From Flavobacteriaceae bacterium (GTDB taxonomy: Bacteria; Bacteroidota; Bacteroidia; Flavobacteriales; Flavobacteriaceae), in the NCBI GenBank assembly GCA_947457255.1, contig CANGUZ010000002.1, positions 22,431 through 86,430 on the forward strand: 64,000 bases of DNA. The letters run 5' to 3'. Positions 27,065 through 36,684 of this stretch are shown in pieces. Under the pieces are notes generated by a model. The model made no database searches, had not been told where the DNA came from, and saw only the letters and a list, made by a program, of their open reading frames with translations. A program made the translations under genes and the position numbers. The number at the start of each line of letters is the position of its first letter. Within the stretch, counting starts at the first letter, position 1.

Positions 27065-28093
27065 TTGAAATCGAAAAAAAGAAATACATTTCTATTCTCA
27101 GCATTGCTATTGCTATTGTTATTGACATTGGCATTGAATATTTCTCTAGGTCAAGTGAACATCCCATTAAAAGAAGTCTTCAAAAGCATTACGGGATTAT
27201 CTTCAAGTAAAGAAACATGGGAATATATCATTGTAGATTTTAGATTGCCTAAAGCCATTACAGCTATTTTAGTTGGTGTGGGATTATCAATTAGCGGTTT
27301 ATTGATGCAAACACTTTTTCGAAATCCGCTTGCCGGTCCTTATGTGCTTGGTTTAAGCTCTGGTTCTAGTTTAGGGGTTGCCCTAGTCATTTTAGGCTCA
27401 GGATTTTTACCTGGTTTTTTAGCTTCTATTGTGCTTTCATCATATGGAATAATTCTGGCATCATGTCTTGGAAGCTTTTTAGTATTGCTTTTAATTTTAG
27501 TCGTTTCGGTAAAGATTAGAGATACAGCAACCATATTAATTGTAGGTTTAATGTTTAGTAGCTTTACTGGTTCTATAGTTTCCGCTTTAAGTTATTTCAG
27601 TTCCGCAGAACAACTTCAAAAATTTACTTTTTGGAGTATGGGGAATTTAGGCAACTTATCTTGGCAAAACATTCTTATTTTGACCATTTTTATTGTCATT
27701 GGATTGCTATTGAGTTTAGTTTCTATAAAATCTTTAGACGCATTATTACTAGGAGAAAACTATGCAAAAAGTATGGGATTGAATATTAAAAAATCAAGGT
27801 ATATGATTATAATTGCAACAAGTATATTGGCAGGAAGTATTACTGCATTTGCTGGTCCAATTGCTTTTATAGGTTTGGCTGTTCCACATTTGGCAAAATT
27901 ACTTTTTCAAACGAGTAATCATAAAATCTTGTTTTGGAGCACCATTTTAATAGGAGGAATACTGATGCTTTTTTGCGATATGATTTCTCAAATGCCAGGA
28001 TTACAATTTACATTACCTATTAATGCAATAACATCAATTATTGGAGCGCCAATTGTGATTTGGTTATTGCTTCGTAAAAGAAGTTTAGTTTAA
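27065..28093 (+). CDS. btuC: FecCD/BtuC permease
   Basis: FRLPKA, FRNPLAGP, GPIAFIGLAVPH; TTG start. Confidence 0.85.
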   Translation: MKSKKRNTFLFSALLLLLLLTLALNISLGQVNIPLKEVFKSITGLSSSKETWEYIIVDFRLPKAITAILVGVGLSISGLLMQTLFRNPLAGPYVLGLSSGSSLGVALVILGSGFLPGFLASIVLSSYGIILASCLGSFLVLLLILVVSVKIRDTATILIVGLMFSSFTGSIVSALSYFSSAEQLQKFTFWSMGNLGNLSWQNILILTIFIVIGLLLSLVSIKSLDALLLGENYAKSMGLNIKKSRYMIIIATSILAGSITAFAGPIAFIGLAVPHLAKLLFQTSNHKILFWSTILIGGILMLFCDMISQMPGLQFTLPINAITSIIGAPIVIWLLLRKRSLV

Positions 28094-28111
28094 TTCTGAA
28101 ATAAAATTATA

Positions 28112-28894
28112 ATGAGTACTAAAAATATTCTTTCCACTTCAAATTTATCCATTGGTTATACAACTAAGAAGGAAAAGAATTGTATTGCTCAAAATGTCAA
28201 TTTAAATTTAGAATCCGGAAAACTCATCTCCTTAATTGGAGCTAACGGAATAGGAAAATCAACTTTATTACGAACACTTTGTGGAATTCAAAAACCATTG
28301 GAAGGTCAGGTTCTTTTGAATGAAAAAAACATTCAAGTATATAAACCATTGGAACTGTCACAACAATTAAGTTTGGTTCTAACTGAAAAATTACCTCCAA
28401 GTAATCTTACTGTTTTTGAACTTATTGCTCTTGGCAGACAACCTTATACGAATTGGGTTGGTAAACTAAGTGAAGAGGACAATACTAAAATTCATGAAGC
28501 GATAGAATTGACTCAGATTAGTCATTTAGTGAACAAAAAGCATTATGAAATTAGTGACGGACAATTACAAAAAGTATTGATTGCAAGAGCATTAGCACAA
28601 GACACACCTTTAATTATTTTAGACGAACCCACAACTCATTTAGATTTACTACACAAAGTATCAGTATTTAAACTGTTGAAAAAACTGGCTAAAGAGACTG
28701 GCAAATGCATTTTGTTTTCTAGCCATGATATTGATTTGGCAATTCAGTTAAGTGATGAAATGATTATCATGACACCCGAAATCGTAGTACAAGATCAACC
28801 TTGTAATTTAATTAGTAAAGGCGTTTTTAAAACTTTATTTAAAGATGAGCACATTGTTTTTGATGCTGAAAAAGGAAAGTTTGTAATATCTTAA
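28112..28894 (+). CDS. btuD: ABC ATPase of cobalamin/Fe-chelate uptake
   Basis: GANGIGKST, ISDGQ, LDEPTTHLD. Confidence 0.85.
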   Translation: MSTKNILSTSNLSIGYTTKKEKNCIAQNVNLNLESGKLISLIGANGIGKSTLLRTLCGIQKPLEGQVLLNEKNIQVYKPLELSQQLSLVLTEKLPPSNLTVFELIALGRQPYTNWVGKLSEEDNTKIHEAIELTQISHLVNKKHYEISDGQLQKVLIARALAQDTPLIILDEPTTHLDLLHKVSVFKLLKKLAKETGKCILFSSHDIDLAIQLSDEMIIMTPEIVVQDQPCNLISKGVFKTLFKDEHIVFDAEKGKFVIS

Positions 28895-28895
28895 A

Positions 28896-29354
28896 TTATC
28901 TGTTAGCCAAAGAAATCTGTCGTTTCGCTTCCCCAACCACAAAAGCCACAGAATTGGCAACATTAAAACTTCGAATTAAGTTTGACATCGGAATTTTTAA
29001 ATGATTTTCAAATTGATCTAAAACCTCTTGGCTCAAACCCACACTCTCTTTTCCAAAAACCAACCAATCGCCATCTTGATATTCAATATCATATATAGAT
29101 GTTGTTGCGTGGGAACTCATTAGAAAAACTCGAGATTCATCAGTAATTTTGGCTTTCCACTCAGCTACATTCTGATATTCGGTAACATCAAGATGTACCC
29201 AGTAATCCAATCCTGAACGCTTCAAATTCTTATCATTAATCACAAATCCAAAAGGATGAATTAAGTGCAAACGACTTTCTGTCCCTACACACAACCGACC
29301 AATATTCCCAGTATTGTTAGGAATTTCAGGCTCAACTAAAACAATGTTTAACAT
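28896..29354 (-). CDS. trmL: tRNA (cytidine34-2'-O)-methyltransferase
   Basis: PEIPNNTGNIGRLC, RSGLDYW, FGKES. Confidence 0.93.
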   Translation of the reverse strand: MLNIVLVEPEIPNNTGNIGRLCVGTESRLHLIHPFGFVINDKNLKRSGLDYWVHLDVTEYQNVAEWKAKITDESRVFLMSSHATTSIYDIEYQDGDWLVFGKESVGLSQEVLDQFENHLKIPMSNLIRSFNVANSVAFVVGEAKRQISLANR

Positions 29355-29365
29355 TTCTATTTTTT

Positions 29366-29938
29366 TTAATCAATTATTTTAAAATCATCAACTTCTAATA
29401 CTTCACCAGCTTGTAAATTATTTAAGTTAACACTCCCAATACGAACACGAACCAAGCGCAATGTTGGAAATCCTACGGCAGCTGTCATTTTCCGAATTTG
29501 ACGAAACTTACCTTCATTTACTATTAAAGCCGCCCAAGAAGTTGGCCCATGACGGTCATCGCGAATCTTCTTTGCTCTTGCTCCAAAATCAGGAACTACA
29601 TTTACAATAAAAGCTTTACAAGGCTTGGTAATGTATTTTGTACCCTCAAAACCTATTTCAACTCCAGTCATTAATTGTTTAATAGCCTCTTCGATAATGA
29701 TTCCATCTACTTGAACATAGTATTCTTTATCCACTTTTTTACTACATATTTGCTCGCTCACTTTTCCGTCTGTTGTTAGTAAAAGTAGTCCTTCAGAATC
29801 TTCGTCAAGCCTGCCAATTGCCATAGTTCCGGATGGAAAATCATACAATTCACCTAATAATTTCTTATTTCGTTTGAGTTGATAAACAAATTGACTTAAA
29901 TAACCATAGGGTTTATGAAGAATAAAATGACGATGCAT
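29366..29938 (-). CDS. RluE-like pseudouridine synthase
   Basis: HKPYG, GRLDEDSEGLLLLT, EGKFRQIRKM. Confidence 0.9.
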   Translation of the reverse strand: MHRHFILHKPYGYLSQFVYQLKRNKKLLGELYDFPSGTMAIGRLDEDSEGLLLLTTDGKVSEQICSKKVDKEYYVQVDGIIIEEAIKQLMTGVEIGFEGTKYITKPCKAFIVNVVPDFGARAKKIRDDRHGPTSWAALIVNEGKFRQIRKMTAAVGFPTLRLVRVRIGSVNLNNLQAGEVLEVDDFKIID

Positions 29939-30043
29939 ATTAAATTTTATAATTGGAACAAAAATACATTTTTAAATTCTGTAATTTAAAATTCTAAAAT
30001 TGATAATATTCCTTACTTTTACTTTTTACAAAAATTGCTTTTT

Positions 30044-31414
30044 ATGTCGAACTTGTTTCCCTTTTTAATAGTTTTTATAATTGCCCTTGGAATAGGTGTT
30101 TTTATTGGGAAAATTATTTTTTCAGCACGATTTCAAACCGACAAAATTAGTTTAGAAGAAAAATTACTCGCTTTAAACAATCAGCTAGATGCCATTAAAG
30201 AACAAATTCAAATAGACAAATCTAATTTTGAAAAACAGCTTTCAGAAACCAATAAAGAGAAAGAAAGTATTAGAACCGAAAAAGACAGTTTAGCCATTCA
30301 ACTTTCTAAAAAAGAAGTCGATTTTGACAATTTATGGGAACGCAACAAAGAACAAAAAGAAGAAGTAGAAAAACTGCAAGAAAAATTTACTAAAGAATTT
30401 GAGAATTTAGCCAATAAAATTCTAGAAGAAAAATCGAATAAATTTACCGAACAGAATAAAGAAAATATGAAAAACATCTTGTCGCCTTTGCAAGATAAAA
30501 TTCAATTATTTGAGAAAAAAGTCGAAGACACCCACAAAGAAAGTATCGATTACCATGCCGCTTTACGTCAGCAAATTTTAGGTTTACGTGAAATGAATGA
30601 ACAAATGAGTAAAGAAACCGTCAACCTAACAAAAGCGCTAAAAGGTGATAGCAAAATGCAAGGCAATTGGGGCGAATTAGTTTTAGAAAGGGTTTTAGAG
30701 AAATCAGGTTTAGAAAAAGATCGAGAATATTATGTACAACAGTCGCATACAAATGATGATGGACAACGAGTTTATCCTGATGTCGTTATTAATTTGCCTG
30801 ACGGGAAAAAGATGATTGTCGATTCTAAAGTTTCATTAACCGCTTATGAAAAATATATTAATGAAGAAGAGGATGTTATAAAAAACGGCTATTTGAAAGA
30901 ACATGTCAGTTCTATAAAACGTCATGTTGAGCAATTGGGCGAAAAGAATTACCACGATTTATACCAAATAGAAAGTCCCGATTTTGTATTACTATTTATT
31001 CCGATAGAGCCTGCTTTTGCAATAGCATTAAACGAAGATGTAACTTTATACAACAAAGCGTTTGAGAAAAATATTGTCATTGTGACTCCTTCAACTTTAC
31101 TAGCTACTTTACGAACTATCGACAGCATGTGGGCCAACCAAAAGCAACAAGAGAACGCTTTTGAAATTGCACGTCAGGCTGGTGCTTTGTATGATAAATT
31201 TCATGGATTGTTAAGTGATTTAATTGTCGTAGGGAAAAAAATTGACGATTCAAAAACTTCTTATGCTGATGCAATGAATAAACTATCCACTGGTTCTGGA
31301 AATTTAATTAATAGAGTTGAAAATCTCAAAAAAATGGGTGCCAAAGCCAAAAAATCATTACCCGATAGTATTTTGAAACGTTCAGGAATTGAAGAAAACG
31401 AACTTTTAAATTAA
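30044..31414 (+). CDS. rmuC: DNA recombination protein RmuC
   Basis: N-terminal TM and coiled coil; QGNWGE, PDV, VDSKVSL, DFVLLF, PSTLLATL. Confidence 0.95.
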   Translation: MSNLFPFLIVFIIALGIGVFIGKIIFSARFQTDKISLEEKLLALNNQLDAIKEQIQIDKSNFEKQLSETNKEKESIRTEKDSLAIQLSKKEVDFDNLWERNKEQKEEVEKLQEKFTKEFENLANKILEEKSNKFTEQNKENMKNILSPLQDKIQLFEKKVEDTHKESIDYHAALRQQILGLREMNEQMSKETVNLTKALKGDSKMQGNWGELVLERVLEKSGLEKDREYYVQQSHTNDDGQRVYPDVVINLPDGKKMIVDSKVSLTAYEKYINEEEDVIKNGYLKEHVSSIKRHVEQLGEKNYHDLYQIESPDFVLLFIPIEPAFAIALNEDVTLYNKAFEKNIVIVTPSTLLATLRTIDSMWANQKQQENAFEIARQAGALYDKFHGLLSDLIVVGKKIDDSKTSYADAMNKLSTGSGNLINRVENLKKMGAKAKKSLPDSILKRSGIEENELLN

Positions 31415-31419
31415 GCGTT

Positions 31420-31785
31420 ATGAAAAAATTTGTAATTTATTTTATACTAACTGTTTTTTTAGGAATTACTGCATACTTTACTTTTGCTTATTATGCAACC
31501 TACAGCGAAGGGGTTCGTGCTGGCGAATTAATAAAATTAAGTCACAAAGGTGTCGTTTTTAAAACCTGGGAAGGTGAAATTAGCCGTGGCATAACTGGCG
31601 CACATATCTTTACATTTTCTGTTTTAGATAGCGATCAAAAAGTCATTGACGATTTAAATGAATTGCAAGGGCAATATGTAAAAGTTACGTATAAAGAACG
31701 ATACAAAACCTTTCCTTGGTGGGGAGAAAGCAAGCATTTTGTTGTTAAAGTAGAAAAAGAAAATTCACCATTTACTATCAAATAA
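31420..31785 (+). CDS. Conserved membrane-anchored hypothetical protein
   Basis: N-terminal TM, YSEGVRAG, KGVVFKTWEG. Confidence 0.75.
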   Translation: MKKFVIYFILTVFLGITAYFTFAYYATYSEGVRAGELIKLSHKGVVFKTWEGEISRGITGAHIFTFSVLDSDQKVIDDLNELQGQYVKVTYKERYKTFPWWGESKHFVVKVEKENSPFTIK

Positions 31786-32327
31786 TGAATTCAGAATATA
31801 AATCAGTTAGCGAATCTAAAATTACAATTTCGCAATTAATGTTGCCATCCCACTCTAATTTTAACGGTAAAATTCACGGAGGTTACATACTATCTTTAAT
31901 GGATCAAATTGCATTTGCTTGTGCCTCCAAATATTCAGGAACCTATTGTGTTACTGCATCAGTAGACACTGTCGATTTTTTAAGTCCAATAGAAATTGGA
32001 GAACTAGTTACATTAAAAGCATCTGTAAACTATGTAGGGAAAACATCTATGGTTGTTGGTATTCGAGTAGATTCTGAAAACATTCAAACAGGAACAGTTA
32101 ATCATTGCAATTCGTCATACTTTACTATGGTTGCTAAAGATAAATTGGGAAATTCTGTGCAAGTACCAAGACTAGCATTATCAAGTTTGGAAGAAAAAAG
32201 ACGTTTCTTTAGCTGCATAAAAAGAATAGCTACTAGAAAAGAACGAGACCAACATGAGGTGACTTTTGATTACTCTTCAAATGAAGTTTTAGAAGAACTA
32301 AAAAAATACAATGTTGCAATTTTGTAA
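31785..32327 (+). CDS. Acyl-CoA thioesterase (hotdog fold)
   Basis: NFNGKIHGG, MDQIA, VTASVD. Confidence 0.9.
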   Translation: MNSEYKSVSESKITISQLMLPSHSNFNGKIHGGYILSLMDQIAFACASKYSGTYCVTASVDTVDFLSPIEIGELVTLKASVNYVGKTSMVVGIRVDSENIQTGTVNHCNSSYFTMVAKDKLGNSVQVPRLALSSLEEKRRFFSCIKRIATRKERDQHEVTFDYSSNEVLEELKKYNVAIL

Positions 32328-32334
32328 CTAAAAA

Positions 32335-33291
32335 CTAGTTGATATCAACTTTACTATAGGAGTTTAATTTATCTAAATCTAAAATCGTTCTAGATTTATT
32401 TTGTGCATACATTATTTCAAACTTTGCTCCATAAACCACCTCCTTGAATGTGTAGGATGTTGATGTATTTACAACTGCGCTAAACATGTTATCAAAGGTT
32501 TTAATAAAGACCATAATTTCGCCTTCTATGTTTTCAAAATCTTCTTTTGTAAATTTATATAATGGACTATTTTCTGTAATTGGATGAACCAGTGTCCAAC
32601 TCAATGTTAATAAATTAATTTTACTCAATTCTAAATCTAATGCGTAAAATTTATTTGTCATTTTTCCATCTTCTTCAACTTGCATTCCTAAAGTCATTTT
32701 AACCTCAGCATCGGTAAAGTTGGTATTCTTATAAGGTGTCGTACGCAACATTAATGCTGAAATTTCTCCATAGGGAGCTATTATTGCATTATGAGAAAAT
32801 TTCAAATAAGCGGTTGGTTTACTAAATCTTCCAAAAAACAAACCGGTCGCAATACCAAAACTCAATAAACCAATCAATGCTTCTGTGGCAGCTAAAGCAC
32901 TAGATAAAATGCCATTAGGACTTATATGACCATACCCTACTGTTGTAAATGTTTGTGTACTAAAGAAAAAAGCTTTCCAAAATTTATATAATTCTGATCC
33001 TGAAGGATCGATTCCGTTTAAATATTCTATTCCAATACAGTAATATCCAAATGCAAAAATAAAATTTATCACTATATAGAAAGCGAATAAGATAGTTAAA
33101 AACTTCCAACTTGGCAATTCAATCATTGCATGATGCCAACTAATTCGGCTAAAAATATTCATTCCACGCTTACTTACATTTGCTGATCCGTCTTTATTTA
33201 AAAAACGTCCCCCGTAGTTGTTAGCATTAGAACCAAAACCCGAATTAACTACTGATTTAGCTTTTTCATTTAACTTTTTAAATAATTCCAT
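32335..33291 (-). CDS. Inward-rectifier K+ channel (KirBac-like)
   Basis: Two TMs, FFSTQTFTTVGYG filter, RFSKP, WTLVHPITENSPL. Confidence 0.9.
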   Translation of the reverse strand: MELFKKLNEKAKSVVNSGFGSNANNYGGRFLNKDGSANVSKRGMNIFSRISWHHAMIELPSWKFLTILFAFYIVINFIFAFGYYCIGIEYLNGIDPSGSELYKFWKAFFFSTQTFTTVGYGHISPNGILSSALAATEALIGLLSFGIATGLFFGRFSKPTAYLKFSHNAIIAPYGEISALMLRTTPYKNTNFTDAEVKMTLGMQVEEDGKMTNKFYALDLELSKINLLTLSWTLVHPITENSPLYKFTKEDFENIEGEIMVFIKTFDNMFSAVVNTSTSYTFKEVVYGAKFEIMYAQNKSRTILDLDKLNSYSKVDIN

Positions 33292-33309
33292 GTGAGTTCT
33301 ATATTAATC

Positions 33310-35376
33310 TTATTGCTTAACTATCTTTTTAGTCCTTAAACCAAATTCGTCTAAAATAGTAACAAAATATATTCCTTTAGAATAGGAACTAAAATCGATT
33401 GAAAAAGAATTAGAATTACTATTAGCACTTAAAATTAATGTTCCTAAAACATCAAAAACATTAATTTTAGAAATTTGATATTTAGATTGAATCGTTACAA
33501 CATGAGATGTTGGGTTTGGATAAATAGAAACGTCTTCATTGTCTATAAAACTAGTATTTAATAATGTTTCATTATTTGCAGCAACCCAACTTGATGATAA
33601 ACTATTATCTAAAGTAGTATTGATTAATTGCAAATAATTTCCGTTTCCGTCAGCATCTGGCCAAGGTGATTTATCAAAATATTCTACAGAATCAATTACA
33701 TTTCCAAATCCATCAACTAACACTAATTTTTGAGAACTATTAGATAAATTACGTGTAAATTGTCCGAATGCTGTAATGCCGTATTTAGCCTTGAAAACCG
33801 TTGAATTACTTGCCAAATAAATACTCTTATTTGCTGGAATTGTTGAGTTTGAAGGGAAAATATAAGTTAACCCTAATTCTTTAAAATAATATCCTGTAAG
33901 ATTTACTGATGTTGTACCAGTATTTACAATTTCGATAAACTCTATATCATTTGATTCAGGAAAATTATTAGACTCTAGAGGATGGTAATTGATTTTATTA
34001 ATAACTAACTTAGGGATAGATAAAGTATTACAACTTGAAAAAGAACCCAAACTAGAAGTCATCCAAGAAATACGTTTAAATAAAAATGATTTTAAGTTGG
34101 CAATTTCGAGTGAATGATTTGGAATATTTCCCCATTTTTGATTTTCTCTTACAATAGCATCTTTGATTTGATTTATGGTTTTATTAATGAACTCATCCAA
34201 AGTAGTATAATTCATTGGTTGTCCTGTTCGAGACAACTCATTCCATCTTTTAGATAAATAGCATTTATAAGTAGGATTATTAAACAAATCTGTCCAGAAT
34301 TTTGAACCCTCGTTATCTCCATTTGAAAACTGCCATAAATCTGTTTTGCTTCTATCATAACCCCATTCAAATAAGTCGTTACCGTAAGTTAAATTAAAAT
34401 CCCATATTGGTCCTGCACGCAATTTGCCATTTCTATCTTTATGAAAAAAAGTGCTAAATTGATAGCCATCTGCATTAGAAGCTAATTCATTTGAAATCAT
34501 AAAATCAATAAATGATGGAATATCAATTACTGATGGAAAGCCACTATTCAAACTTATATTATTACTTCTTGAAGTAGAGGAGAGATTAGAAAATTGAGTT
34601 TTTATAAAATCATTTTGATTAGCTGTAATTTCTTCTGGTTTTGGAAAATGATGAATATAGTCACAAGATCCCGCATAGGAAGACATTGACCAGGCGACTG
34701 GGTCTCCACTTGTTGTTTTATCTGCCTTTGTAATATAACCTCCTGAAATGTTTGGAAAAACATTATCGCTAGTGGTTATTTTAAGTATATTAACTCTATT
34801 AGAATCAGCTTTAATTTTTTCCTGCAAAAGATACAATCCTTGGTATTTATTATTTATAATCACCTCACAATAAGCAGTTCTGGTGGCATAATTCCCCATT
34901 TGTCTAGATAAGTTATAGGACAAATAATCTCTTATTAATGAAGGGTCAAATGCTAAAGAATTTAAAATCCAATCATTCTCTTTAGGCATATCGAGTAAAC
35001 TTACATTATTGTTGGTATTATCCTCTAGCAATGTACTAAATCCGTAAGGTTTCTTTTCCAACACTTGAGAAGAGGAGCCCCTAATTTCAATATCTATTTT
35101 ACCATCATAATTTAAATATTGAGAATTATTCCTGTCAGAAAGATAATTAATCGAAACATCAGGTCGCTTAATTATTTTCATATTTGCATAAACTCTATAT
35201 TCGTCAACTATATCTCGATTTTTATTGGTATTTGGGTCAATATCCGTTGTAATCACAACAATGGGTAAATTACTAGAAGTAAATGTTTGTGAGTTCACAA
35301 AAGAGCATACACCAAAAAAATAAAGTAAAATTATTCTTGATGAAATCGTGATTTTTTTATAATATGGACATTTCAT
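33310..35376 (-). CDS. CotH-kinase protein with lamin-tail domain and T9SS CTD
   Basis: IRGSSS, DWIL, YQGLY, NADG, GPIWDFN; IEFIEI; IYPNP..KGIY..KIVK. Confidence 0.88.
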   Translation of the reverse strand: MKCPYYKKITISSRIILLYFFGVCSFVNSQTFTSSNLPIVVITTDIDPNTNKNRDIVDEYRVYANMKIIKRPDVSINYLSDRNNSQYLNYDGKIDIEIRGSSSQVLEKKPYGFSTLLEDNTNNNVSLLDMPKENDWILNSLAFDPSLIRDYLSYNLSRQMGNYATRTAYCEVIINNKYQGLYLLQEKIKADSNRVNILKITTSDNVFPNISGGYITKADKTTSGDPVAWSMSSYAGSCDYIHHFPKPEEITANQNDFIKTQFSNLSSTSRSNNISLNSGFPSVIDIPSFIDFMISNELASNADGYQFSTFFHKDRNGKLRAGPIWDFNLTYGNDLFEWGYDRSKTDLWQFSNGDNEGSKFWTDLFNNPTYKCYLSKRWNELSRTGQPMNYTTLDEFINKTINQIKDAIVRENQKWGNIPNHSLEIANLKSFLFKRISWMTSSLGSFSSCNTLSIPKLVINKINYHPLESNNFPESNDIEFIEIVNTGTTSVNLTGYYFKELGLTYIFPSNSTIPANKSIYLASNSTVFKAKYGITAFGQFTRNLSNSSQKLVLVDGFGNVIDSVEYFDKSPWPDADGNGNYLQLINTTLDNSLSSSWVAANNETLLNTSFIDNEDVSIYPNPTSHVVTIQSKYQISKINVFDVLGTLILSANSNSNSFSIDFSSYSKGIYFVTILDEFGLRTKKIVKQ

Positions 35377-35458
35377 TATAAATTTATTTCTTACAAAAGT
35401 AACCATAAGTATAGTTAATACTTAAAAAAGAAAATAAAAACTTATATTAGTAGTAATA

Positions 35459-35487
35459 AAAAAGTCTAAACTTTCGTTTAGACTTTT
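35459..35487 (-). terminator. tRNA-Gly terminator
   Basis: AAAAGTCTAAAC/GTTTAGACTTTT. Confidence 0.8.
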
Positions 35488-35496
35488 AATATTAAG

Positions 35497-35569
<73 letters not shown>

Positions 35570-35721
35570 ATTACAACGGTGCAAATATAATTAATAAGTT
35601 TAGTTTGTTGCAAATTTTTTACAAAAAAAATAGTTTCTTTTTTTACAAGACTTCTAAATAATAAAATTAATTGCACTAAGGCATTTATTATTAATTCATT
35701 AGTAAATTAATAAGCTTATTA

Positions 35722-36432
35722 TTAAGAGAAAAGGTTTAATGACTTATAGCTATTTATAGTTGGATGATAAATAAATAAGCATGATTTATTTTTTATTACA
35801 TTTATAATTTGGTTTGAATATTCAATTGGTATAGCTGGGCAACCTTGACTTCTTCCTAACCTATTATTGTTTTTTATAAAAAAACTTGAAACATAATTAG
35901 CAGCATGCATTACTATTCCTCTTTCTCTCGCATTATCATTTAATCCTTTCTCAAGTCCATCTAATTTTAATGAACTCCCATGTTTTCCTTGATAAATCTC
36001 TCCTGTCAAATAAAAACCTAGACTACTTTTAAAAGAAGAAGCGTTGTTTGAGAATGATGTTGCAAATTCACCGCCTGTGTTTCTTCCATGCGCTACAAGA
36101 GAATGGTATAAAATTTTATTTGAAACTAGATCAATAACCCAGAGCCTTTTGGTATTAGACGACAAACTAAAATCAATTAAAGTCAAGATATCTTTTTTGA
36201 CAATACCTTTTTCTTTTATCAAATAAAATCCTTTTAAAGCTTCTGAGAAGCTTTCAAATTTAGGCAATTCTAAATTATTTGAATGTAAATCAAAATAAAC
36301 GCTTTTCACTTTCGAGTCAATCTCAGAAACAACTGTCGTTTCTGTTAACTTCATTTTTTCAAGCTTTTTATCCTTTGAAGCAAAAGAAAATAACAATAAA
36401 AATATGAAAAGAGGAAATGTTTTATAAATCAT
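35722..36432 (-). CDS. L,D-transpeptidase catalytic-domain protein (YkuD_2-like)
   Basis: IDFS, VAHGR, SSLGF, IVMHAA, GRSQGCPA. Confidence 0.88.
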   Translation of the reverse strand: MIYKTFPLFIFLLLFSFASKDKKLEKMKLTETTVVSEIDSKVKSVYFDLHSNNLELPKFESFSEALKGFYLIKEKGIVKKDILTLIDFSLSSNTKRLWVIDLVSNKILYHSLVAHGRNTGGEFATSFSNNASSFKSSLGFYLTGEIYQGKHGSSLKLDGLEKGLNDNARERGIVMHAANYVSSFFIKNNNRLGRSQGCPAIPIEYSNQIINVIKNKSCLFIYHPTINSYKSLNLFS

Positions 36433-36684
36433 TGGTTTTGTTTTATTTGTGATACAAAATTAAAATTAAATTCACCAAAATTCGTGCCAACTGTCAAATT
36501 AAAAATCCTAAAAAAGGATATCAACAAAAAATCGTGAAGTACAATACAACTCATAATTGAAATCTTTAAGACAACTCCATTTTATGTTTGAGAAAGAAAT
36601 TTCAATAGATAACGAGACTTCATAAAATATATTTTTATTATAATTGTGTTTATCGATATATTAGTTATTTTTGTAGGATTAAGC

